This document shows positions 49,230 through 59,655 of a stretch of DNA of 64,000 nucleotides, piece after piece (the first letter of the stretch is position 1; the number at the start of each line of letters is the position of its first letter). This DNA is from an uncultured bacterium (lineage in GTDB: Bacteria > Desulfobacterota_D > UBA1144 > Nemesobacterales > UBA2774). The translations under genes and the position numbers were made by a program. The notes below the pieces were generated by a model. That model saw nothing but the letters and a program-made list of their open reading frames with translations, searched no databases and was not told the DNA's origin. Location: the NCBI GenBank assembly GCA_963705505.1, contig CAVPJU010000006.1:512001-576000 (forward strand), given 5' to 3'.

Positions 49230-51833
49230 ATGTCCACCGACACCCCCATGCTAAAACAATATCTGGCGATTAAGAAAGAATATCCGGACTCTATCCTATT
49301 TTTCAGGCTCGGGGACTTTTACGAAATGTTTTATGAAGACGCGAAGGTCGCCTCAAAGGTCCTCGGCATCGCTCTCACATCGAGAAATAAATCCGACAAG
49401 AAGAACAGTGTCCCGCTCTGCGGAGTCCCGCATCACAGCGCGGAGCCCTATTTAACGAAGCTCCTCAAGAGCGGGCATAAGGTCGCGATCTGCGAGCAGG
49501 TGGAGGACCCGAAATCGGCGAAGGGCGTAGTAAAACGGAAGGTCGTCAGGGTGCTCACGCCAGGCGCAGTCCTCGATTCCGAGAATCTCGATTCCAAATC
49601 GAATAACTATCTTGCGAGCGTTTATGCCGGGAACGGCTCATACGGATTCGCTTATACGGATATTTCGACGGGGCTATTCAGGACGACCGTTTTTAATTCC
49701 ATCGACGACCTCATGGACGAGATCTATCAGATAGAGCCCAAGGAGATACTCCTGCAGGAGGTAACTGGAGAGAACGGGTCGCTCGGCTCATTGAGAAAGG
49801 CCTCGAACCCCCTGATTACGCTCCTTGATTCCTGGATTTGGGATACCGACCGCGCGAGGGAGCTCCTTCTCGACCACCTGTCCTCAAAAACACTCGAACC
49901 TTTCGGCCTCGAAAATAAACCCGAGGCGATAACCGCATCGGGTGCACTGATTCAGTATTTAAGAGACACGCAGATGGAGGATATGCCCCCACTCGATGAG
50001 CCTGAGTTCTACGAGAAATCGGAGTTTCTGCTTATAGACGATTCGTCGAAGAAGAATCTGGAGCTCCTGAAGTCGGCGGGCGGCGATACCCGGGGGTCCC
50101 TGCTCTGGGTATTGGATGAAACGATGACCGCAATGGGGGGGAGGCTTCTCAAGCAGCGGATAAATTACCCGCTTTTGGATATGGGCAAGATAGAAAAGAG
50201 GCTTGATGCGGTGGAGGAGCTAAAGAGGAGGGCGGGTATAAGGGGCGAGATTAGGAACACGCTTAAAGAGATAAGCGATATCGAAAGGCTCATCGGCAGG
50301 ATTGCGACATCATCGGCAAGGCCCAGGGACCTCGGGTCGTTAAGAGATTCCTCTCAATATATAACGGGGATCAAGACCGCATTATATGGAGCTGATACGG
50401 AAATTCTAAAAAATATCGGTGAGAATCTCGATGACCTGAGTGATCTGAAGGAGGTTCTCGGGAGGACACTCGTCGACGAGCCTCCCGTATCGGCGCGGGA
50501 CGGGGGGATGATAAAGGAAGGGGTGAGCACTGAGCTCGACGAGCTCAGATCGCTCAGGCGCGACGGAAGAAAGTGGATCGCCGAGCTTGAGATCAGGGAG
50601 AGAAGCGCATCCGGAATTAACTCACTCAAAGTGAGCTACAACAGGGTGTTCGGTTATTACATAGAGGTCTCGAAGGCAAACCTGGCTCTCGTTCCCGAGG
50701 GATACATAAGAAAGCAGACGCTTGCCAATGCGGAGAGATATATCACGGAAGAGCTAAAGGAGTATGAGGAAAAAATTCTCGGCGCCGAGGACACGATACT
50801 CCGGATCGAACAGGAGCTTTTTGAAGAACTGCGCAAACGCATCGCCCTGGAGTCGGAGAGAATAAGGCTCACTTCGTCTCATATTGCGGAGATAGACGTC
50901 CTGTGCTCTCTATCGGAAGCCGCGGAGAAATACTCGTATGTCAGACCGCAGATAACCGAATCCGGGTTAATAGAGCTAAAGCACAACAGGCACCCGGTCG
51001 TTGAGAGAATGGACCTGGGGGAGCGCTTCGTTCCGAACGATATAAGGCTCGATGCCGATGAGAACCAGTTCCTCATCATAACGGGCCCGAACATGGCCGG
51101 TAAATCGACTCTCATCCGGCAGGTGGCTCTCACAGTAATCATGGCGCAGATGGGGAGTTTCGTTCCCGCAACACATGCGAGGATCGGAATTACGGACAGG
51201 ATATTCACCAGGGTGGGGGCCTCGGACAATCTGGCGAAGGGGCAGTCGACCTTCATGGTGGAGATGGTCGAGACCGCATACATACTGAGACACGCCACTG
51301 ACAAAAGCCTCGTCATACTGGACGAGATCGGCAGGGGGACGAGCACATTCGACGGGATGAGCATCGCGTGGGCGGTTGCAGAATACCTTCACGACAGGGG
51401 GGCGATGACCCTTTTTGCGACCCATTACCACGAGCTTGCCGGACTCGCGATGTCGAAGCGCAGGACCAAGAACTACAACATCTATGTAAAAGACACGGGA
51501 GACAAGATCGTATTTCTGAGGAAGCTCATCCCGGGGGCGGCGAGCCACAGCTACGGTATCCAGGTGGCAAAGCTTGCAGGTGTGCCCGATGCGGTTATTA
51601 AAAACGCGCAAAAGGTACTGTCCAAACTGGAGAAGACGCAATCGGGGCTTAGGAGCTCCATAATCGGGGGGCAGATATCCCTGTTCGGGGATGAGGATGT
51701 CAAAGAGACGGGCGAGGAAAATCCCGTTATCGGGGAAATAAGGGCGCTCGATACGAACTCCATGACGCCGCTCGATGCGCTCGCAAAGCTCGCCGAATTG
51801 AAAAGCAAACTCGAAAACGACCCGGATCAATGA
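49230..51833 (+). CDS. mutS: DNA mismatch repair protein MutS
   Basis: TPMLKQY, GDFYEMF, TGPNMAGKST, STFMVEM, DEIGRGTST, FATHYHEL. Confidence 0.97.
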   Translation: MSTDTPMLKQYLAIKKEYPDSILFFRLGDFYEMFYEDAKVASKVLGIALTSRNKSDKKNSVPLCGVPHHSAEPYLTKLLKSGHKVAICEQVEDPKSAKGVVKRKVVRVLTPGAVLDSENLDSKSNNYLASVYAGNGSYGFAYTDISTGLFRTTVFNSIDDLMDEIYQIEPKEILLQEVTGENGSLGSLRKASNPLITLLDSWIWDTDRARELLLDHLSSKTLEPFGLENKPEAITASGALIQYLRDTQMEDMPPLDEPEFYEKSEFLLIDDSSKKNLELLKSAGGDTRGSLLWVLDETMTAMGGRLLKQRINYPLLDMGKIEKRLDAVEELKRRAGIRGEIRNTLKEISDIERLIGRIATSSARPRDLGSLRDSSQYITGIKTALYGADTEILKNIGENLDDLSDLKEVLGRTLVDEPPVSARDGGMIKEGVSTELDELRSLRRDGRKWIAELEIRERSASGINSLKVSYNRVFGYYIEVSKANLALVPEGYIRKQTLANAERYITEELKEYEEKILGAEDTILRIEQELFEELRKRIALESERIRLTSSHIAEIDVLCSLSEAAEKYSYVRPQITESGLIELKHNRHPVVERMDLGERFVPNDIRLDADENQFLIITGPNMAGKSTLIRQVALTVIMAQMGSFVPATHARIGITDRIFTRVGASDNLAKGQSTFMVEMVETAYILRHATDKSLVILDEIGRGTSTFDGMSIAWAVAEYLHDRGAMTLFATHYHELAGLAMSKRRTKNYNIYVKDTGDKIVFLRKLIPGAASHSYGIQVAKLAGVPDAVIKNAQKVLSKLEKTQSGLRSSIIGGQISLFGDEDVKETGEENPVIGEIRALDTNSMTPLDALAKLAELKSKLENDPDQ

Positions 51834-51861
51834 TTGAAAGGCATTTTCACTTCACATTACC

Positions 51862-52224
51862 ATGACTGATAGCAAATCACTCGGACAAATAGGAGAGGAT
51901 ATAGCCTGCAAAGCCCTTAAGAAGGACAGGTATAAAATCCTCGAGAAGAATTACAGGTGCAGGCAGGGGGAGATCGACCTCATTGCGGAAGACAGGGGCA
52001 AGGTGCTCTGCTTTGTCGAGGTAAAGGCCAAGTCGTCCTTCGACTTCGGCCTTCCCGAGGAAGCTGTTACTCATAGAAAACAAAAGAAGCTCCAGGCTGC
52101 CGCGTTCAGTTACATAGAGTCGAAAGGGCTTAAATCACGGCCTATGCGCTTCGATGTCGTTTCGGTCAACCTCGTCAGTAATGAGAGCAGGATAATAAAG
52201 AACGCTTTCGAAGCGGATATGTGA
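51862..52224 (+). CDS. YraN family (UPF0102) endonuclease-like protein
   Basis: LGQIGEDIA, GEIDLIA, FVEVK, RFDVV. Confidence 0.9.
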   Translation: MTDSKSLGQIGEDIACKALKKDRYKILEKNYRCRQGEIDLIAEDRGKVLCFVEVKAKSSFDFGLPEEAVTHRKQKKLQAAAFSYIESKGLKSRPMRFDVVSVNLVSNESRIIKNAFEADM

Positions 52225-52446
52225 TCTCTCCCACATTTATATTGAACAAAATAAACGCCTCTCTCCCCTATATAATGATGAATTATTTAAAATTTATGGG
52301 GATATATGCTATACATAGCGATAAAGATGTTTTTTGACCCCGGCTCTTGACACAGAAAAATTCGTGCCTATTTTATACCTAGTTTTTCAACTGAGTAAGT
52401 TAGTTAACCCTAAACTATTATATTTCTATCCAGGAGGTTTTTTAAG

Positions 52447-52737
52447 ATGGGTGTAAGACCGCTTAACGATAAGGTTTTGATCAAGAGAGTGGATGCGCCG
52501 GAAAAGACTAAAGGCGGCATCATCATCCCCGATACGGCAACCGAAAAACCGCAGGAGGGAGAGGTGGTTGCGGTGGGTAAGGGAAAAGTGCTCGAGAACG
52601 GCACGACGAGGAAGCTTGATGTTAAAAAGGGCGACAAGGTGCTGTTCGGGAAGTACGGGGGTACGGAGATAAATTTTAAGGGCGATGACTTTGTCATCCT
52701 CGATGAAAGTGAAATTTTGGCAATAATCGAATCATAA
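52447..52737 (+). CDS. groES: Co-chaperonin GroES
   Basis: [34 protein letters not shown]. Confidence 0.97.
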   Translation: MGVRPLNDKVLIKRVDAPEKTKGGIIIPDTATEKPQEGEVVAVGKGKVLENGTTRKLDVKKGDKVLFGKYGGTEINFKGDDFVILDESEILAIIES

Positions 52738-52761
52738 AATAAACCGGAGGTATTACAAGAC

Positions 52762-54415
52762 ATGGCAGCGAAGGAAATAAAATTTGAGAGGGCAGCGCAG
52801 GACGCGATATTGAAAGGAGTGAACACGCTAGCGAACGCGGTAAAGGCGACGTTAGGTCCGAGAGGCAGGAACGTGCTTATAGAGAAGACGTTCGGAGCGC
52901 CCGTAGTGACAAAGGACGGCGTGACTGTAGCAAAGGAAATAGAGCTTGAGGACAAGTTCGAGAACATGGGGGCACAGATGGTGAAGGAAGTGGCCTCCAG
53001 GACGAGCGACGTGGCGGGAGACGGCACGACTACTGCTACGATACTGGCGCAGGCAATAATCCGCGAAGGGATAAAGCTCGTAGCCGCAGGGCACGACCCG
53101 ATGAAGTTAAAGAGGGGAATAGACAAGGCAGTGGAAGTGGTAGTGGAGAGCATAAGGAAGCAGAGTAAGCAGGTAAAGGGGCGCACGGAGATAGCGCAGG
53201 TGGCCACGGTATCCGCAAACGGGGACGCAACGATAGGGAACATAATAGCGGACGCGATGGAGAAGGTGGGGAAGGACGGAGTAATAACGGTGGAAGAGGG
53301 CAAGAGCTTAGAGACAGAGCTCGACGTTGTGGAGGGTATGCAGTTTGACAGAGGGTACCTGAGCCCGTACTTCATAACGGACGCCGGAGAAGATGCAGAT
53401 AGAGCTTGAGGACCCGGTGATACTGATGTTCGACAAGAAGATATCGAATATGAAGGACATGGTTCCGTTGCTCGAAGAAGTGGCAAGGAGCACAAAGCCG
53501 CTATTAGTAATGGCGGAGGATATAGAAGGGGAGGCGCTTGCAACGCTCGTTGTGAATAAGCTGAGAGGGACGTTAAAGGCCGCGGCCGTAAAGGCGCCCG
53601 GGTTCGGAGACAGGCGTAAGTCGATGCTAGAGGACATAGCCGTGCTCACAGGGGGCAAGGTTATAGCCGAAGAAGCGGGGATGAAGCTCGAGAACACGAA
53701 GCTTCAGGACCTTGGAAGGGCAAAGAAGATAGTAATAGATAAGGATAATACGACGATAATAGGGGGAGCGGGGAAGAAAGGGGAGATAGAGGGGAGAATA
53801 AAACAGATAAAGGCGCAGGTGGATGAGGCGAGCGGGGAGTACGACAGGGAGAAGCTCCAGGAAAGACTAGCCAAGCTCGCGGGCGGAGTCGCGGTGATCC
53901 GCGTAGGGGCGGCCACGGAGGCCGAGATGAAGGAGAAGAAGGCCAGAGTGGAGGACGCGCTCAACGCAACGAGGGCGGCCGTAGAGGAAGGGATAGTGCC
54001 CGGAGGTGGAGTGGCGCTCATAAGGGCGATAAAGGCAGTGGACGGGTTCCAGGGGGCGGACGACGAGGAGAAGGCGGGGGTGAGCATAGTGAGGAGAGCG
54101 CTCGAGGAGCCTCTCAGAGGGATAGCGACGAACGCCGGATGGGACGGATCGATAGTAGTGGGTAAGGTAAGCGAGGAGAAGGGCTCAAACGGGTTTGACG
54201 CCGCGAAGCTCGAGTACTGCGATATGATAGAGGCCGGTATAGTGGACCCGGCTAAGGTTACGAGGACCGCGATGCAGAATGCATCGAGTGTAGCGGGACT
54301 GCTCCTTACCACAGAAGCCCTGATTGCCGAGAAGCCGCAGTCTAAGGAAGAGATGGGCGGAGGCGGCGGAGGCGGAATGGGGGGCATGCACCCGGGAATG
54401 GGCGGCATGATGTAA
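52762..54415 (+). CDS. groEL: Chaperonin GroEL (one frameshift near 53385; ~550 aa corrected)
   Basis: [35 protein letters not shown] tail; ...FITDA|EKMQIE broken by one extra base. Confidence 0.96.
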
Positions 54416-54446
54416 TTTAAAAAAAGAATAAAAGAGTATAAAACTC

Positions 54447-54487
54447 AAAGGCGGACTGTCCCTCCGGGGACTGCCCGCCTTTTTTTT
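54447..54487 (+). terminator. Intrinsic terminator of groESL
   Basis: AAAGGCGG..GTCCC-TCCG-GGGAC..CCGCC followed by T8. Confidence 0.85.
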
Positions 54488-54601
54488 GGCTGAAACAGAA
54501 TGAGCGGGATTTTTTTAAAGCTGCCGCCCGGCCGCGAATGATAGCGAACGCTCCCTTTTTAAAACATACCGTTTGTGGTTAAAATTTAACCCACGATCAC
54601 T

Positions 54602-55297
54602 ATGCCGGACGCACCTCATTATATAAATCACAGGAAGAGGTTGAGGGAGCGGTTTCAGAAGACGGGAGCCGACGGGATGCACGACTACGAGCTTCTCGAG
54701 CTCCTGCTGACTTTTTCCATTCCCCGGAGGGACGTCAAACCCGTGGCCAAAATGCTTATAAGCAGGTTCGGGGGCCTTTCCGGAGTACTCGATGCGGATC
54801 AAAAAAAGCTCGAAGAATTAACCGGCGTGGGCGCCATGTCGGCTACCCTCATACGTCTCGTAAAAGAGCTGTATAACACATACCTTGCCGAGAACATGAA
54901 GAAGGGAGACGCCCTTTCCTCGCCCGATGCCGTATTGAAGTTCGTCAGGGTCAGGCTTTCCGGTATGTCGAATGAGGCCTTCATGGTGATATTCATGAAT
55001 GTTAAGAACGAGGTGATCGACTACACTATCCTTCATGAAGGAACGGTCGACAACGTGGCCGTTTATCCCAGGCGAATTGTTGAGTCTGCCCTGTCGCGGC
55101 ACGCTGCGGGAATCATTCTAGTCCATAACCATCCGAGCGGGAACCCGGCGCCCTCGAGGGAGGACAAGGCACTCACCAAAGACATCGCGGATGCCGCGAC
55201 TACGCTCGATATAAGGGTATTGGATCACATAATCGTCGGAAAAGACGGCTACTTCAGTTTTATGGAAAATAATCTGCTGTCTATCGTAAAAACGTAA
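54602..55297 (+). CDS. radC: RadC/JAB domain protein
   Basis: HRKRLRERF, YELLELLL, VYPR, LVHNHPSG, SREDK, VLDHIIVG. Confidence 0.93.
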   Translation: MPDAPHYINHRKRLRERFQKTGADGMHDYELLELLLTFSIPRRDVKPVAKMLISRFGGLSGVLDADQKKLEELTGVGAMSATLIRLVKELYNTYLAENMKKGDALSSPDAVLKFVRVRLSGMSNEAFMVIFMNVKNEVIDYTILHEGTVDNVAVYPRRIVESALSRHAAGIILVHNHPSGNPAPSREDKALTKDIADAATTLDIRVLDHIIVGKDGYFSFMENNLLSIVKT

Positions 55298-55379
55298 TCC
55301 CTATCCTGACAGCAGCACACGCACGCGGGGAATATCTCGCAATTATGGTAATCTCGGTTAAACTCCAATTGATCGTGAT

Positions 55380-56021
55380 ATGGATAGCTTGAACCGGGAT
55401 ACCTGCTGCGATAATAAGAAACCCCACCAAAGAGCGTTTTATCTGTCTGTTTTTACCGTCGTATACAATTTTTTCGAGGGAGTTATATCTGTTTTTGCCG
55501 GAACGGTTTCCGGAAGCGTTGCACTTGTCGGATTCGGTCTCGACAGTTTTGTGGAATCGCTTTCGGGGGGAATAATGATCTGGCGCTTCCGGGGGCTTGG
55601 AACGATTTCGCACGAGGAAGAAGAAAGGATAGAGGCAAAAGCGGCAAAATTCGTAGCTTACACGTTTTTTGTACTGGGAGCTTATGTTCTGTATGAGTCC
55701 CTGAAGAAGCTTATTTTACGCGAGCTGCCGGAGCCGAGCCTCCTCGGAATCATAATAGCGATAGTCTCGCTTGTGGTCATGCCGGTATTGTTCTTTATGA
55801 AATATAGAGTAGGGAAGTCGATCGGGAGCAGGAGCCTGGTTGCGGATTCAAAGCAGACGCTCGTCTGTTGTTACTTATCCGTAGCGCTTCTCGCGGGTCT
55901 CGGGCTTAATTACCTGTTCGGGATATGGTGGGCTGACCCTGCGGCCGGAATTATTATAGTGGTATTTCTTATAAGGGAGGGTTATGTGACCCTGAGGGAA
56001 GAAAAAATTTGCGGATGTTGA
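55380..56021 (+). CDS. Cation transporter, CDF/TMEM163-like
   Basis: YNFFEG, SVALVGFGLDSFVE, SLVADSKQT, WWADP. Confidence 0.85.
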   Translation: MDSLNRDTCCDNKKPHQRAFYLSVFTVVYNFFEGVISVFAGTVSGSVALVGFGLDSFVESLSGGIMIWRFRGLGTISHEEEERIEAKAAKFVAYTFFVLGAYVLYESLKKLILRELPEPSLLGIIIAIVSLVVMPVLFFMKYRVGKSIGSRSLVADSKQTLVCCYLSVALLAGLGLNYLFGIWWADPAAGIIIVVFLIREGYVTLREEKICGC

Positions 56022-56117
56022 ACATTGGGAATAAATGAGCGCTCCGCTGTTTGATAACGGACGACGTGTTTACGGATAAGAAAGAAATCTCCCTTCCGGA
56101 CTAATGCTATACGCGAT

Positions 56118-57125
56118 TCAAATAATACGTTCCGCGCTCAAGCTTGATGCAAGTGTGACCATGAAGTAGTACAACGAAGATAAGAAAGACATAAGCGATT
56201 TAATACTCAACAATTTATATCTGTTGTAGAGGGACGACCAAACATCTTTAAGACGGCTTAAAATGGAATTATTGCGAACACTATTAATATCGGGAAGGAT
56301 CCAGTAATTGCCTAATATCGTATCGTACGACTCGGGGTCGAATTCCCCTATGCCGGCTGACGGATAATGAGTGAACTCGCCGAAATATATTTTGCCTGCA
56401 ATGCTGTAGAGGTCCACACGCACGAAATCAAAGGGTTCGGCAAGCGTTTCGGCAACCCGGACCAATTCATCGAGATTTGATGGTCTTTTAACAGGTTTCC
56501 TTGAAGGCAGCCCCTTTTTCCCGGGCCAATCGGACCACGTGAAATTTAAAATATTCCATTTATTATCGTAAAAGTTATCCGAATAATCTTCGAACCTGTC
56601 CTCTACTACCTCGATAATTTTTACTTTGCCTCCGAAGCACAGGAACTTATAGTCAACCGGGGGTAATCCGTTCTCATCGGCGAGAAACTCTTCGACAATG
56701 ATCACGGGCTTTATCCCCTGGTATGACCATTCGTTGATTTCATTCCAGTAGCGGTGACGCAGATAATGACCGCATTTAGCGATTATATCTTCCCTTGTAA
56801 GCCTGGTTTTTGTAACCAGATCCATGCCCCTATCAATTACTATTAAGTCGCCCGAGGTATGGTTTGCTTTTATTACAAACCGGTCGGGAAGGTCATCAAA
56901 AGGAATTTCACTCGGATTATCCGTAACGAAATAGATCTTCTTTAAAATATCTCCGAACCCTTGCTCTTTGAGATAATCGGTCACCCTGTACTTGTCTGCG
57001 GTCATGGTGAGGAGGGGCCTCCGGTCGTACCTCATCTTCCATCTGGTTTTTTCGTTGAAAGTCCGGGGCTCTTCCGGAAGCCTTTCATTGTATAATGACT
57101 TAGCTATGAGATAAGCAGTCTTCAT
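56118..57125 (-). CDS. TupA-like ATP-grasp amidoligase
   Basis: PRTFNEK, ADKYRV, FVIKANHTSG, IIVEEFL, DYKFLCFGG, FVRVDLY, YFGEFTHYP. Confidence 0.88.
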   Translation of the reverse strand: MKTAYLIAKSLYNERLPEEPRTFNEKTRWKMRYDRRPLLTMTADKYRVTDYLKEQGFGDILKKIYFVTDNPSEIPFDDLPDRFVIKANHTSGDLIVIDRGMDLVTKTRLTREDIIAKCGHYLRHRYWNEINEWSYQGIKPVIIVEEFLADENGLPPVDYKFLCFGGKVKIIEVVEDRFEDYSDNFYDNKWNILNFTWSDWPGKKGLPSRKPVKRPSNLDELVRVAETLAEPFDFVRVDLYSIAGKIYFGEFTHYPSAGIGEFDPESYDTILGNYWILPDINSVRNNSILSRLKDVWSSLYNRYKLLSIKSLMSFLSSLYYFMVTLASSLSAERII

Positions 57126-57443
57126 ATCGCCGTAAAAGAGATCGAATAATCCCGGTCTTTGAATTGATATTATACCGCTCTTTTTTGCTGACGGACCGGG
57201 GGATGATAGTCATTTCCTGCAATATGAATATAATGGCCTCCCCCCGGCATAAATCGTATTTATCAGAAACGATTAACTATGTCAATACACTGATCACCCT
57301 ATTAATCCAAATGGTAAATTCAGGCGTTATATGTGAAATTCACTGCTTTGAAAATCTCCCAATCACGATGTATAGTAAAAAATCTCGTATGTGCTACCAT
57401 TTTAATTCCGTAAAATCTTTGATACCCGCCTGTAGAGGATTTA

Positions 57444-57998
57444 ATGAAAGACAGAAAGGATTCTTCTGAGAAAGGGCGCTCAAGCTCGGTCAGCATACTG
57501 AGGTTCGTATTGACTTACGTGCTGCTTATGGGGGCATTTTTCCTATTGCTCGGGTTGAAGCCCATACAAAACATAGTCGATATAAACGGCGGGTATTCCA
57601 ACGCCATAGTATATATGACCGCGAAGATTCTGGGTCTGATAGGTGTTTCGTCCACATTCCAGGGCTCCGTGATACACCTCCCTTCAATCTCCCTCGACGT
57701 CGAGTTCGGCTGCAACGGGCTTGAGGCGGTCATGATATACGCTGTTGCGGTTTTGACCTTCCCGGCTTCGTGGAGGAACAGAATCATAGGCATTGTCGCC
57801 GGTTTTCTCGTCATCCAGGTTCTGAACCTGATAAGGATCGTGGCGCTTGCCTATGCGGGTGTTTATCACAAGGATCTGTTCGATCTAATACACCTCTACG
57901 TAGCGCAGGGTGTGATGATAGCGGTCGCTCTGGCGACTTTCGTGCTTTACCTAACTTACCTGAGCCATGAACAAGGAAAACAAGAAGCCCTTATTTAG
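57444..57998 (+). CDS. Exosortase/archaeosortase family protein, exosortase H-like
   Basis: Cys-Arg-His triad context GCNGLEA, LNLIRI, LIHLYVAQ. Confidence 0.8.
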   Translation: MKDRKDSSEKGRSSSVSILRFVLTYVLLMGAFFLLLGLKPIQNIVDINGGYSNAIVYMTAKILGLIGVSSTFQGSVIHLPSISLDVEFGCNGLEAVMIYAVAVLTFPASWRNRIIGIVAGFLVIQVLNLIRIVALAYAGVYHKDLFDLIHLYVAQGVMIAVALATFVLYLTYLSHEQGKQEALI

Positions 57999-58578
57999 GT
58001 CCGTCCTACTTAAGGCTTCACTTATATTCGTCGTTTCTTATCTTATTTTTCTGGTCGTCTGGCTGGGTGTTAAGGGCTATTACGGAATGGCGATAACGAC
58101 TATCGCCTCACATGCCATTTCACTATTCAAAGACGTGGATATCGTCTCGATAATAAGAAACAAGGATATAGTGGCCGTTGGCTTTATCCCCCAGAAGTAC
58201 GGCGTAACTCTATTAAAGACCACGATCGACGTGCCGATTTCCAACTACACGTTCAACGCCCCGCTGACACTTGCGATAATGGCCGCTTTCTTTCCTTTTT
58301 TAAAAAGAAAGTGGATATATCTGGAGGCTCTTTTGATCCTGGTCTTCGTTCATTTTCTTTTCGTGTTCTCGCTCGAAGGGGAAAAGCTCTCGTCAGCGCT
58401 CCAGACACAGGGCTATGAGAAATCCGGAGCCGTGTCTCAGATATTCTGGGAATTCCTCTGGGGTTTTATAAATAATATGGTCGTAAGGTTCGAGCCGTTT
58501 TTAATAGGCGCATACCTGTACTTTTTCAGGGACCGTAAATCGCCCGTAAAAGAGGCACCGAAGAAAGCCAAGAAATAA
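57967..58578 (+). CDS. Membrane protein, probable exosortase H-associated partner
   Basis: Overlaps the exosortase gene; multi-TM; NYTFNAPLTLAI segment. Confidence 0.6.
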   Translation: MNKENKKPLFRSVLLKASLIFVVSYLIFLVVWLGVKGYYGMAITTIASHAISLFKDVDIVSIIRNKDIVAVGFIPQKYGVTLLKTTIDVPISNYTFNAPLTLAIMAAFFPFLKRKWIYLEALLILVFVHFLFVFSLEGEKLSSALQTQGYEKSGAVSQIFWEFLWGFINNMVVRFEPFLIGAYLYFFRDRKSPVKEAPKKAKK

Positions 58579-58589
58579 AATCGGTTTAG

Positions 58590-59327
58590 TTAGGAAGCCC
58601 GAGTGTCATCGACGTTGAATAAGATCCCGCTCCACAGCACTCCCAGAAGATAAGTTGAATAAATAAGCGCAATCCCCAGAACGAAAGAAACAGCAACCCC
58701 CGCGATATCGCCTGCTCCGTATCGGCCGCCTGAAAAGAAGAGCTCGTCCGAGAGCTTGAACAGGTCGTCGCTCCTCCACCGTTCGATATCGAGGGAGGGA
58801 GAAAACAACGCCGCCAGGCGTGAGATCACTATAGAGCCCATCTCGTAATAATCTCCGCTGAAGGACATGAAAGGGGCAAACGCTATCGGGAGAGAAAAGC
58901 CGAGTTTGATGCTTGCTGCCCGGGGGGATGAGCGCGGTACCGATCTCAGAAGCGGGACGCCAATGAATATAGTCAGAAGAAAAGGGAAGAATACGGTCAG
59001 TAAATACGTAAGGTCGCTGCCTCCGGTGTCGAATCCTGTGAGCTGCCCCGCATAGTCGGAGCCTGAGGAGACGAAGGGGAAGATTTTCTCTAAAAACGCT
59101 CCGCCGTATCTGGGGCTTATTTCGAGCGCTGTTACGGTTCCGCCGCCCAACATGCAGCCGAATGCATGGCATAGCTCGTGAACCGGAACATATATCCACC
59201 ATGATATAATGAAGATAACTACGACCAGAAGTATGTTGCTCGGAGCTGATTTTGCGAGACATCTGTCGAGGCCCGATAAAAAGTCCTCAAAGGGCAGCAG
59301 TAATATGTGCTTTATTTTCTTTAGCAT
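58590..59327 (-). CDS. Membrane protein with HExxH motif (putative intramembrane metalloprotease)
   Basis: YVPVHELCHAFGC..GG at the end of a TM helix; later SGDYY; multi-TM. Confidence 0.65.
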   Translation of the reverse strand: MLKKIKHILLLPFEDFLSGLDRCLAKSAPSNILLVVVIFIISWWIYVPVHELCHAFGCMLGGGTVTALEISPRYGGAFLEKIFPFVSSGSDYAGQLTGFDTGGSDLTYLLTVFFPFLLTIFIGVPLLRSVPRSSPRAASIKLGFSLPIAFAPFMSFSGDYYEMGSIVISRLAALFSPSLDIERWRSDDLFKLSDELFFSGGRYGAGDIAGVAVSFVLGIALIYSTYLLGVLWSGILFNVDDTRAS

Positions 59328-59448
59328 ATGACAGCCGTTTCATCTTATACAAAAATGTCAATATTGTAAACGGGTTCCACATCTTCGTGCATTATCTTAA
59401 GTTAAATGCCGCAGTACATTAATTAATATGCCTAACCTTTAAAAGTCA

Positions 59449-59477
59449 TTGACAAATATGGATCCGCATTATACAAT
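59449..59477 (+). promoter_or_regulatory. Near-consensus sigma-70 promoter
   Basis: TTGACA (59449-59454), 17 bp, TACAAT (59472-59477). Confidence 0.8.
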
Positions 59478-59504
59478 TAGTTCGGAGTTTGGAGAAAGGA
59501 TGTT

Positions 59505-59595
59505 CTGATCGAAAGGGCAAACTATTCGAAAGAATAGGGCGCAAAGCCGACGGCCTAAGGGCGAAGTCAGCCTATGGCGGCGGGTTGCCGAAGAG
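59505..59595 (+). ncRNA. Cyclic di-GMP-I (GEMM) riboswitch
   Basis: GGGCAAAC-TATTC-GAAA-GAATAG-GGCGCAAAGCC...GGCCTAA...TATGGCGGCGGGTTGCCG follows the GEMM consensus, with GNRA tetraloop and receptor. Confidence 0.92.
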
Positions 59596-59655
59596 ATGGA
59601 GGATGGGTCGCTATTAAATTCCGCTCTTCTATTTAGATATTGAGGCAGTCCCTCT

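Noticed and set aside
52225..52446. CIRCE element upstream of groES
   Set aside because: No TTAGCACTC-N9-GAGTGCTAA found.
53380..53410. Programmed frameshift or naturally split groEL
   Set aside because: No slippery heptamer; the same single-base pattern recurs in unrelated genes, so error is more parsimonious.
52410..54408. Long antisense ORFs over groES/groEL (likewise over mutS, pst genes and ispE)
   Set aside because: Shadow frames of conserved genes with no independent motifs.
54602..55297. radC as a marker of a mobile element
   Set aside because: Full-length chromosomal-type protein with no mobility genes nearby.
59505..59595. 3',3'-cGAMP (GEMM-Ib) riboswitch variant
   Set aside because: The specificity position reads G (59516), not A.
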